Source of the DNA: an uncultured Clostridia bacterium
GTDB lineage: Bacteria; Bacillota; Clostridia; Christensenellales; CAMQZB01
Assembly: GCA_947039455.1 (NCBI GenBank)
Contig: CAMQZB010000002.1
Location: 22,736 to 86,735 of the forward strand
Length of the DNA: 64,000 nucleotides
Direction of reading: 5' to 3'
Below, piece by piece: positions 36,797 to 45,250 of this stretch. The translations under genes and the position numbers were made by a program. Each line of letters starts with the position of its first letter. Within the stretch, counting starts at the first letter, position 1. The notes beneath the pieces are model-generated. The model made no database searches and was not told the DNA's origin. It worked only from the letters and a program-made list of their open reading frames with translations.

Positions 36797-37863
36797 TGTT
36801 TGAAAAAGTAGAAAGTTTAAAAGTAAAGTTTTATGATATTGAGAAACAGCTTGCGGATCCAGAGGTTATTTCCTCAAGAGATTTGTACAAAAAAATAACT
36901 AAAGAGCACTCAGCCCTAGCGCCGATTATTGAAATGTATGATTTGTTGAAAGCAGCTGAAACTGAGCTCGAAGATTCCCTAGCGGAAGTGAGAGCTTCAA
37001 AAGATGCTGAAATGATTGAGCTTTTGAAAGAAGACATAAATTCATGTAAAGATAGAATAGAAAACTGTTCTCAAGACTTGAAATTATTGCTTTTACCTAA
37101 AGATCCAAACGACGACAAAAACGTAGTTATAGAAGTTCGTGCGGGTGCTGGTGGAGACGAAGCAGCGTTATTTGGCGCAAGATTGGTGCGTATGTATCAA
37201 ATGTTTGCGGATAAAAACCGTTGGACTATTGAAACTATCACTGACAGCAGAAATGAGCTTGGTGGCGTAAAAGAAGTAGTGTTTACCGTAATCGGTCATG
37301 GCGCTTATTCAAGATTTAAGTACGAAAGCGGAGTACATCGTGTTCAACGTGTACCTGAAACTGAAAGCCAAGGAAGAATTCATACATCAACTGCAACGGT
37401 TGCTGTGCTACCTGAAGTTGAAGATTTAGACATTGATATTCAAGAAAAAGAATTGAAAGTCGATAGATATCGAAGCGGTGGCGCTGGTGGTCAGCACGTA
37501 AACAAAACTGAGTCCGCAATCAGAATTACACATCTACCAACTGGAATAGTTGTTACTTGTGAAAATGAGCGTTCTCAAATTAAGAACCACGAATCAGCGT
37601 TAAAAGTATTGAAAACAAGAGTTTTTGACCACTTTGAAACATTGAAAAACAAAGCAATGGCGGACGGTAGACGTAGTCAAGTAGGAACAGGAGATCGTTC
37701 AGAGCGTATCAGAACATACAACTTCCCACAAGGCAGAATTACCGATCACAGAATTGGTTGCACACTTTATTCATTGGAGAATTTCCTAGACGGTAACATC
37801 GAAGAAATGGTAAATCAACTAGCAGTAGCTGATCAAAACGCTAAGCTAGCAATGACTGAATAA
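36796..37863 (+). CDS. prfA: peptide chain release factor 1
   Basis: PET tripeptide context (VQRVPETESQGRIHTS) and the GGQ motif (SGGAGGQHVNKTESA). Confidence 0.97.
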   Translation: MFEKVESLKVKFYDIEKQLADPEVISSRDLYKKITKEHSALAPIIEMYDLLKAAETELEDSLAEVRASKDAEMIELLKEDINSCKDRIENCSQDLKLLLLPKDPNDDKNVVIEVRAGAGGDEAALFGARLVRMYQMFADKNRWTIETITDSRNELGGVKEVVFTVIGHGAYSRFKYESGVHRVQRVPETESQGRIHTSTATVAVLPEVEDLDIDIQEKELKVDRYRSGGAGGQHVNKTESAIRITHLPTGIVVTCENERSQIKNHESALKVLKTRVFDHFETLKNKAMADGRRSQVGTGDRSERIRTYNFPQGRITDHRIGCTLYSLENFLDGNIEEMVNQLAVADQNAKLAMTE

Positions 37864-38039
37864 TAAAAAATTCTCAATTTGGCACTAATTTTGTTGCTTT
37901 AATTGGGTGAATTGTAGTAAAATATAAAAAACAAAAATAGCAAGAAGAAAAAAATGCAGTAAATAATAAAACGCAAAAATTTTTTAAGTATGTAGATTTT
38001 AATTAATCTACATATTGCTGTAAAAAAGGAGATATAATT

Positions 38040-39224
38040 ATGTTAATTTCAAAAAAAGCACAAACGATCACAATTTCACAAACTCTTGCAATCTCAGCAA
38101 AGGCAAATAAGATGAAAGCTGAAGGCATGTCAATCATCGCATTTACTGCTGGAGAACCAGATTGCGCAACACCAAGTTACATCGTTGAGTCAGCAAAGAC
38201 AGCTTTAGACCAAGGAAAAACAAAATATACTCCATCAAGCGGAACTGAATTGTTGAGAAAAGCAATTGTTGAGAAGTTAGAAGTTGAAAACGGATTGAAA
38301 TATAATTTCAAAGAAGTAATAGTAAGTAACGGTGCAAAACACTCATTGTTCAACGCATTATACGCTATTATTGACGACGGAGACGAAGTAATTATTCCAG
38401 CGCCATATTGGTTGACGTATCCTGAATTAGTGAAAATGTGTGGTGGAACAAACGTAATCGTAAACACAACAAAAGAAACTGGATACAAAATCACACCAGC
38501 AATGCTAGAAAAAGCAATTACGCCAAAAACAAAAGCATTCATACTAAACAGCCCATCAAACCCATCAGGAGTTGTATACTCTAAAGAAGAGTTGTATGAA
38601 TTAGCAAAAGTAATTGAAAAAACTGATATAATAATTATCTCAGACGAAATTTACGAAAAAATAACTTACGGTATTGAAGCTGTGTCAATAGCTACATACA
38701 GTGAAAAAATAAAAAACCAAACAGTAGTGGTAAATGGTCTTTCAAAATCATATGCTATGACAGGGTGGAGAATAGGATATTTAGCTTGTAACCGTGAAAT
38801 TGCCGATGCAATTGACAGCGTACAAAGCCACATGACAAGCAATCCAAATTCAATGGCACAAGCCGCAGCATACACAGCATTAAAAGGCGGAAGCGAAATT
38901 CCAGCCCAAGTGAAAGTGTACGAAGAAAGACGCGCATATATGCTAAAACGTGTAAAAGCAATTGCTGAGCTTGAAGCAGTAGACCCACAAGGAGCATTCT
39001 ATTTGTTCCTTGACGTATCTAAATCATACGGCAAAAAATCAAAAGGCGAAGTGGTTGATTCATCAATTAAATTTTGTTCAAAATTACTAGAGTACGGCGT
39101 TTCATGTATCCCAGGATCACCATTTGGAAACGACAACTTCATCAGATTGTCATTTGCAGTATCAATGGAAGACATTGAAGAAGGCTTAAACAGAATTGAA
39201 AAATTCATTAAAGAGCTAGTATAA
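38040..39224 (+). CDS. class I pyridoxal-phosphate-dependent aminotransferase (aspartate aminotransferase-like)
   Basis: GEPD, SNGAKH, NSPSNPSG, and the PLP-lysine block LSKSYAMTGWRIGY. Confidence 0.88.
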   Translation: MLISKKAQTITISQTLAISAKANKMKAEGMSIIAFTAGEPDCATPSYIVESAKTALDQGKTKYTPSSGTELLRKAIVEKLEVENGLKYNFKEVIVSNGAKHSLFNALYAIIDDGDEVIIPAPYWLTYPELVKMCGGTNVIVNTTKETGYKITPAMLEKAITPKTKAFILNSPSNPSGVVYSKEELYELAKVIEKTDIIIISDEIYEKITYGIEAVSIATYSEKIKNQTVVVNGLSKSYAMTGWRIGYLACNREIADAIDSVQSHMTSNPNSMAQAAAYTALKGGSEIPAQVKVYEERRAYMLKRVKAIAELEAVDPQGAFYLFLDVSKSYGKKSKGEVVDSSIKFCSKLLEYGVSCIPGSPFGNDNFIRLSFAVSMEDIEEGLNRIEKFIKELV

Positions 39225-39385
39225 TAAAAACACATAGCTAGTTTAACCAAAACACTAGCATGAATAACCACATAAGTAGAACCTAATTTTCGTTAGTTAA
39301 ATAACATTGTGTAAAGAAAATCTATAATTATTTAGATAAATTACCAAAAATGTGAAAAATAATGCAAATTATTTTCAAAAACCCC

Positions 39386-39414
39386 TTGAAATTTGCTTCA
39401 AAATGATTTAGAAT
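39386..39414 (+). promoter_or_regulatory. sigma-A promoter of the mini P-loop ORF
   Basis: TTGAAA (39386-39391), 17 nt, TAGAAT (39409-39414). Confidence 0.6.
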
Positions 39415-39445
39415 ATAAGTAACTAAAATTTGGAGGAGTAATAAT

Positions 39446-39856
39446 ATGACATCACTAATTTACGGAACCAAGGGAACTGGAAAAACAAAACAAATTATCG
39501 CAGCTGCTAATGAAAGTTTAGTAAAAGCAAAAGGTGATATAGTTTACATCACGGATACCAATGAGTACACTATGGAGATTAATCGCAAAATCAGATATAT
39601 TGCTTGTAATGAAGTGAAAGTTTGTAGCGAAGAAAACTTCTTAGCATTTATAAGAGGTATGATTGCCTCAAATTATGATATCGAGAAATTCTATATTGAT
39701 GGAATTGCTAGAATAATCAAGATGGAACTTGGGCAAATGGAAAATTTGTTTAAAGAACTTGAAATGATTTCAGAGAAATATGGCTGTAAATTTGAATTTA
39801 CAATCAGTGCAGACCTTGATGGAATGCCAAAGTTCTTAACTGATATTATAATCTAA
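39446..39856 (+). CDS. 136-aa stand-alone mini P-loop protein, function unknown
   Basis: Walker A at the extreme N-terminus (YGTKGTGKT) and a Walker-B-like KFYIDG. Strong RBS (GGAGGAG). It has its own promoter and terminator. Confidence 0.6.
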   Translation: MTSLIYGTKGTGKTKQIIAAANESLVKAKGDIVYITDTNEYTMEINRKIRYIACNEVKVCSEENFLAFIRGMIASNYDIEKFYIDGIARIIKMELGQMENLFKELEMISEKYGCKFEFTISADLDGMPKFLTDIII

Positions 39857-39871
39857 GTTATGATAAAATCT

Positions 39872-39906
39872 AAAAGTGGGTATCAAAAATTTTGAACCCA
39901 CTTTTT
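39872..39906 (+). terminator. strong rho-independent terminator 15 nt before the thrC start
   Basis: AAAAGTGGGT...ACCCACTTTT long hairpin (GC core GTGGGT/ACCCAC, inner TCAAAA/TTTTGA) ending in TTTTT. Confidence 0.8.
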
Positions 39907-39921
39907 AAATGAAGGAGATTT

Positions 39922-41427
39922 ATGAATTTTATAAGCACAAGAGATGTTACAGAAAAGGTATCATTTTCAAAAGCAATACTTCAAGGATTAACTAGTGAAG
40001 GTGGGCTTTTTGTACCTGAAACCTTCCCAACTATTACTAAAGCCGAATTCGCTGAAATGTTGGACATGTCATATGATGAGCGAGCGAATTTAATACTGTC
40101 AAAATACATGACAGACTTTAAAATTGAAGAAATTGCTGAGTGTACGAAAATCGCATACGATAGGTTTGAAGAAGACCCAGCTCCAGTAGTAAAGATTGAC
40201 GAAGGTGTCTATTTACTAGAGCTTTTTCACGGCCCAACACTAGCATTTAAGGACATGGCGTTAACGCTATTTCCACAAATTCTAGCTAAAGCAAGAGTTA
40301 AAGAAGGTCAAAAAGAGGACATACTAGTACTAGTTGCCACATCAGGTGATACAGGAAAAGCAGCTCTTGAAGGCTTCAAGGATATCCACGGAATAAAAAT
40401 TCTAACTTTCTTCCCAGAAGAGGGTGTATCTCCAATGCAAAAACTTCAAATGACTACTCAAGACGGAGAAAACGTTGGGGTAGTAGCAGTTAAAGGCAAT
40501 TTTGATAATTGTCAAACTGGAGTAAAAGAGATATTCCAAGATAAAGAATTCGAAAGAGAAGTAGCGAAAAACGGTTATGTTTTTTCATCAGCTAACTCTA
40601 TTAATCTAGGTAGATTATTGCCGCAAATCGTCTATTATTTCTCTACATATGCAGATTTAGTTTCTGACGGAGAAATCGAAATGGGTGACAGCATAAACTT
40701 CTCAGTACCAACGGGAAATTTCGGAAATATTCTAGCTGGATACTACGCAATGGAAATGGGTTTACCTGTTAAAAAATTCATATGTGCAAGTAATAGCAAT
40801 AACGTTTTGACGGAGTTTTTCACTGAAGGAAAGTACGATGCGAACCGTGAATTTTTCAAAACAATGTCACCGTCAATGGATATATTAATTTCAAGCAATC
40901 TTGAACGTCTATTATTTCAAGCAAGCGGTTGTGACAGCGAAAGCATAAAATTGCGTATGGAACAATTAAAAGAAACTGGAAAATTCGAAGCAACAGCAAA
41001 AGAAATGGCATTTTTCGATAAATATTTCTACGCAACATCAGCTGACGAAGAAGATACTGCAAGAACTATAAACTTGTTCTATGACGAGTATGGTTACGCA
41101 CTTGATCCGCACACAGCAGTGGGAGTATTTTGTCAAGATGAGTATGTGGTGGAAGAATCTGATTACGATAATTTAGTAGTAATTGCAACAGCAAGCCCAT
41201 ATAAATTCAGTCACGATGTTCTAAAAGCAATCAAAGCAAAAGTAAGTGACGATCCATTTAAAAATGCAAAAACATTAAGAAGCAAAACAGCGGTAGAAAT
41301 ACCGAAAAATATAGCTAATTTAGAATTTGAAGAAGTAAGATTTACTGATGTATTTGAAGTTAGCGAAATGAAAAAAGCGGTTTTATCTTTTATTAAAGGT
41401 GAAATCGGAAAAAGCGAGGCAAAATAA
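39922..41427 (+). CDS. thrC: threonine synthase (long form)
   Basis: PLP-lysine motif FHGPTLAFKDMAL, SSANSIN, and 501 aa. Confidence 0.92.
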   Translation: MNFISTRDVTEKVSFSKAILQGLTSEGGLFVPETFPTITKAEFAEMLDMSYDERANLILSKYMTDFKIEEIAECTKIAYDRFEEDPAPVVKIDEGVYLLELFHGPTLAFKDMALTLFPQILAKARVKEGQKEDILVLVATSGDTGKAALEGFKDIHGIKILTFFPEEGVSPMQKLQMTTQDGENVGVVAVKGNFDNCQTGVKEIFQDKEFEREVAKNGYVFSSANSINLGRLLPQIVYYFSTYADLVSDGEIEMGDSINFSVPTGNFGNILAGYYAMEMGLPVKKFICASNSNNVLTEFFTEGKYDANREFFKTMSPSMDILISSNLERLLFQASGCDSESIKLRMEQLKETGKFEATAKEMAFFDKYFYATSADEEDTARTINLFYDEYGYALDPHTAVGVFCQDEYVVEESDYDNLVVIATASPYKFSHDVLKAIKAKVSDDPFKNAKTLRSKTAVEIPKNIANLEFEEVRFTDVFEVSEMKKAVLSFIKGEIGKSEAK

Positions 41428-41429
41428 TA

Positions 41430-42425
41430 ATGAGCGATAAGAAAAGATTATTTTCAGGAATACAACCAACTGGAAACATAACATTAGGCAACTATATCGG
41501 AGCGTTGAGAAATTTTTCAACATTCCAAGATGAGTTTGACTGCATTTATTGCGTAGTGGATTTACATTCATTAACAGTAAGACAAAACCCAGCACAATTA
41601 AGAAAAAACACCTATGAATTGTTAGCGTTATACCTAGCTTGCGGACTAGATCCAGCGAAATCAACGTTGTTTATTCAATCGCACGTGTCAGAGCATGCGG
41701 AACTAGCGTGGATACTAAATACAATCACTTATGTTGGTGAATTATCACGAATGACACAATTTAAGGATAAATCTAGCAAACATCAAGATAATATAAACAT
41801 GGGCTTGATGGATTACCCAGTGTTGATGGTGTCTGATATCTTGTTATATCAAACAGCACTAGTACCAATTGGAGCTGATCAAAAGCAACATTTAGAACTT
41901 ACTCGTGACATTGCCCATAGGTTCAATACATCATACAGCGATACTTTCGTAGTGCCAGAACCTTTTATACCAAAAGCAGGTGCAAGAATAATGTCCCTAG
42001 CTGAACCTACATCAAAAATGAGCAAATCTGATGAAAATATCAAAGGATTTATTTCATTAACTGACGACGACGAAACTATTCGTCGCAAACTGAAAAGTGC
42101 AGTAACTGATAGTGGAAATGAGATTGTAGCAAGAGATGATAAACACGGTGTAACAAACTTGTTGACAATCTATGCAACGCTAAATAATATAACAATGCAA
42201 GAAGCTGAAAAAGCCTTTGTAGGTGTTAGTTACGCTGATTTTAAAATGGCAGTAGCTGATATTATAATCGAAACAATCGCACCAATTAGAGAACTTAAAA
42301 ACGAAATTCTTGCTGATAAAGGAAACCTTGACAAAGTGTTAACTGATGGAGCGGAAAGAGCAAGATTTATGGCTAGAAAAACTTTGTCAAAAGTATACAA
42401 AAAGGTAGGTTTGATTCAGAGATAA
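41430..42425 (+). CDS. trpS: tryptophan--tRNA ligase
   Basis: GIQPTGNITLGNYIG (HIGH-like region), GADQKQH, and KMSKS. Confidence 0.97.
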   Translation: MSDKKRLFSGIQPTGNITLGNYIGALRNFSTFQDEFDCIYCVVDLHSLTVRQNPAQLRKNTYELLALYLACGLDPAKSTLFIQSHVSEHAELAWILNTITYVGELSRMTQFKDKSSKHQDNINMGLMDYPVLMVSDILLYQTALVPIGADQKQHLELTRDIAHRFNTSYSDTFVVPEPFIPKAGARIMSLAEPTSKMSKSDENIKGFISLTDDDETIRRKLKSAVTDSGNEIVARDDKHGVTNLLTIYATLNNITMQEAEKAFVGVSYADFKMAVADIIIETIAPIRELKNEILADKGNLDKVLTDGAERARFMARKTLSKVYKKVGLIQR

Positions 42426-43303
42426 TGTTTGGATATATACTACCCGAGAGGGCTCATCTATATATAAAGGATTTTGATTTATACAGAAATTTCTATTGCG
42501 GAATATGCAAATCAATGGGAAGGCAGTTCGGTCAAAAAACCCGTTTTTCAATAAATTATGACATTACTTTTTTAACAATAGTAGTGCATAATTTTCTTGG
42601 TGTTGACGTATCATACGAAACGCTAAAATGTATTACAAAACCATTTAACAAATCTAAACAAATGGTGAAAGAGAACGAATTAACTGACAAGATGAGTGCT
42701 ATTAACGTAATTTTGTGTTACTATAAAGTTTTAGACGATTGTATTGACGGAAACAAAACTTCAAGAAAAGTACTAGCAAAATCTTTGAAAAAAGCAAAAA
42801 ACAAAGCATCTTTGCAAGTCCCTGGTGTTGAAGAGATTATAGCAAAACGCTATGAGAATTTGAGAGCACTTGAAGGTAATAAAGAAACTAGTATTGACAA
42901 AGTAGCTGATGAATTTGCCTCAATGATGGGGGAAATATGTGATTTTGTTGTGGGCGAGAAAAAACAAGACAATTTTACCAAATTGTGTTATAATGTAGGA
43001 AAGTGGATATACTTAATTGATGCCCTAGACGATTTTGATGATGACTTGAAAACAAATGATTACAATCTTTTTGTTTTAAATTATCCTGAAATTAAAACAT
43101 TCCACCAGCTAATGGAAGAGCACGGAAATGATGTGTCTTTCACATTTGCAACTACAATAAATTCTATAACAGAAAACTTTAAAGAGATTAAATTCTCATT
43201 CAATCAAGACTTAATAAATAACGTGGTTTTCAGAGGTATATCATTAATGACCAAAGGAATCATGAGAGGTGAAAGATGCAAACAAGATTATTTGAAATTT
43301 TAA
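42425..43303 (+). CDS. uncharacterised protein with an N-terminal Cys motif (resembles the family I recall as DUF5685)
   Basis: The N-terminus is MFGYILPE...LYRNFYCGICKSMG. The rest is helical. It overlaps trpS by 1 nt (TAATG) and the next gene by 28 nt. Confidence 0.6.
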   Translation: MFGYILPERAHLYIKDFDLYRNFYCGICKSMGRQFGQKTRFSINYDITFLTIVVHNFLGVDVSYETLKCITKPFNKSKQMVKENELTDKMSAINVILCYYKVLDDCIDGNKTSRKVLAKSLKKAKNKASLQVPGVEEIIAKRYENLRALEGNKETSIDKVADEFASMMGEICDFVVGEKKQDNFTKLCYNVGKWIYLIDALDDFDDDLKTNDYNLFVLNYPEIKTFHQLMEEHGNDVSFTFATTINSITENFKEIKFSFNQDLINNVVFRGISLMTKGIMRGERCKQDYLKF

Positions 43304-43995
43304 ATTTAATGTCAAGTGCTTCAAGTGAAGAAGTAAATACAGCCTACCAAGCTAGAAAATCACAATTACGTGAAGATATGTTCTTGGAAGGAGTAGCAGG
43401 CAACAACGCAGCGAGAGATCTTACTGCCCTTGAAGATGCTTACCGTGGTTATCTTGATTATTCAAAGTATGATTCTAGTAATAATTCAACAAACAGTACA
43501 GGCGGAACAACTGTCTATGACGATGTTGAAGCATTTGTAAAAGCTGGAAAATTAAACGAAGCCCAAAGTCATCTTGATAACATACAAACAAGAGACGGAA
43601 GCTGGCATTATTTCCAAGCAATGATATATTACAAAAAAGATTGGTATACAGATTGCAAGAAACATCTTGAAAAAGCATTGCAACTTGACAGTGGAAACAC
43701 AAAATATAGAGAAACTTTAAGCAAACTATCTGAAAAAATGTCAGGTGGTCGTGCTCAACCAGTTAATAGACAAAATCCAAACGGACAAAATCAAAACGCA
43801 CAGAACCCAAATGGACAAAATCCAAACGGAAAACAAGGCGAATGGTGGAAAGAAAACGATAACGTAGACAACAATGGTCAACCTGATTGGAACGAAAACA
43901 ATAGACAAATGGGTGGCTGTAATGAGAGCATGAATTGTTGTACGCAAATGTTGTGTATGAACCTATTCTGCAACTGTTGTGGTGGAGGCTGTTAG
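43276..43995 (+). CDS. degenerate J-domain-like / TPR-like protein with Q/N/P repeats and a Cys-rich C-terminus
   Basis: LFEILNL..SASSEEVNTAYQARKSQL resembles J-domain helices I-II, but no HPD tripeptide follows. The middle is a TPR-like helical segment. NPNGQ-type repeats come next. The last 27 residues contain 8 Cys. Confidence 0.6.
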   Translation: MQTRLFEILNLMSSASSEEVNTAYQARKSQLREDMFLEGVAGNNAARDLTALEDAYRGYLDYSKYDSSNNSTNSTGGTTVYDDVEAFVKAGKLNEAQSHLDNIQTRDGSWHYFQAMIYYKKDWYTDCKKHLEKALQLDSGNTKYRETLSKLSEKMSGGRAQPVNRQNPNGQNQNAQNPNGQNPNGKQGEWWKENDNVDNNGQPDWNENNRQMGGCNESMNCCTQMLCMNLFCNCCGGGC

Positions 43996-43998
43996 TTC

Positions 43999-44511
43999 AT
44001 GAAAAACACAAAGAAAATTTCGCTGTCGGGTATCTCGACAGCGTTTTGTGCAATATTTCTGATAATGGGAAACACAATACAAGTGCTAAGTTATTCATTT
44101 TATCTATTAGCTTCATTAGGATTAGCAATTCCATTTGCCACAAATGAGATTAAATGGAGCTTCCTATCATTTATAGTTGCAAGTATAGTGGGATTTATCT
44201 TTTTACCTGATATAATAGCAATGTTTTCATTTATTGTGTTCTTCGGACCATACGTGCTTATTGTAAGTATCCTAAAAATGAAAAGGGTTAAAAAAACGCT
44301 ACAGTATATAATAAAAGCGATATTTTTCGCATTATCAATATACTTAATGTATCAATTCTCAACAGTATTCATAGACCTGAACGCATATAATTTCCCAGTG
44401 GCAGTATTGCTAGGAGGGGCATTCGTAGTGATGTTCGTGTATGATTATCTAATGACAAGAATTATGTTCCAGTTAGATAGACGTGTTCGAAGATTTATGA
44501 AAATGGTTTAA
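43999..44511 (+). CDS. small polytopic membrane protein (about 5 TM segments), function unknown
   Basis: Hydrophobic profile. It starts 3 nt after the previous stop and is followed by a terminator. Confidence 0.6.
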   Translation: MKNTKKISLSGISTAFCAIFLIMGNTIQVLSYSFYLLASLGLAIPFATNEIKWSFLSFIVASIVGFIFLPDIIAMFSFIVFFGPYVLIVSILKMKRVKKTLQYIIKAIFFALSIYLMYQFSTVFIDLNAYNFPVAVLLGGAFVVMFVYDYLMTRIMFQLDRRVRRFMKMV

Positions 44512-44525
44512 ATATAAGTAAATTT

Positions 44526-44556
44526 CAAAAAGAGTGGATTTCCACTCTTTTTTTTG
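44526..44556 (+). terminator. rho-independent terminator
   Basis: AGAGTGGA / TCCACTCT stem followed by TTTTTTTT. Confidence 0.85.
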
Positions 44557-44715
44557 TTATATTAACATGAAAATCTTTAAAATACCCATAAAACACACCT
44601 AAACTAAAATAAAAGTAAACAATCGATAAAAAGAGAAAATTAGTAACAAAAATCCTATTGCATAACCAACAAAAAGCAAATATAATGTATTTATCTCATA
44701 TTAGGAGGCGTACAT

Positions 44716-45063
44716 ATGTATATGGAGAAAGATTTGCTATTATTGGACAAAAAGACTCAAGGCGAATTGTATAATTACTTACCAGATGATCATATAATAG
44801 AAGATTTAGCAGGGGTATTTGCAGTATTTTCAGAACCAACAAGACTGAAAATCTTATCAATATTATCGGTAACGGAATTATGTGTTACGGACATTTCAAG
44901 AGTATTAGATATAAATCAAACCACAATTTCACATCAACTTCACGGTTTAGCAAAAATAGGGTTTGTAAAAGCAAAAAGACAAGGCAAAATCAAATTCTAT
45001 TCAATAGCTGATAAAGTTGTTGGAAAAATATTAGTACATGGCGTGGAATATCTAGGTTATTGA
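44716..45063 (+). CDS. ArsR/SmtB family transcriptional regulator (orphan)
   Basis: FAVFSEPTRLKILSIL...ELCVTDIS..L.INQTTISHQLHGL winged-HTH signature. RBS is AGGAGG. Confidence 0.88.
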   Translation: MYMEKDLLLLDKKTQGELYNYLPDDHIIEDLAGVFAVFSEPTRLKILSILSVTELCVTDISRVLDINQTTISHQLHGLAKIGFVKAKRQGKIKFYSIADKVVGKILVHGVEYLGY

Positions 45064-45250
45064 TAACAGTAGTCGAAATAAAGATACAAATAAAGACATG
45101 AAAAAGTATACTAACAATTGCCCAAACAACACACAAAAATCAATAAAAAATAACACATAAAAACATATAAATAAAGATAAACCTAAAGAGAGAAATAAAA
45201 CAGGTTAAATATCTTTGACGAAATGTAATAAGATAAGTTATAATAAAAGT

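Noticed and set aside
41380-41430. T-box leader upstream of trpS
   Set aside because: trpS starts 2 nt after the thrC stop, so there is no room for a leader. No specifier or T-box sequence is visible upstream of thrC either.
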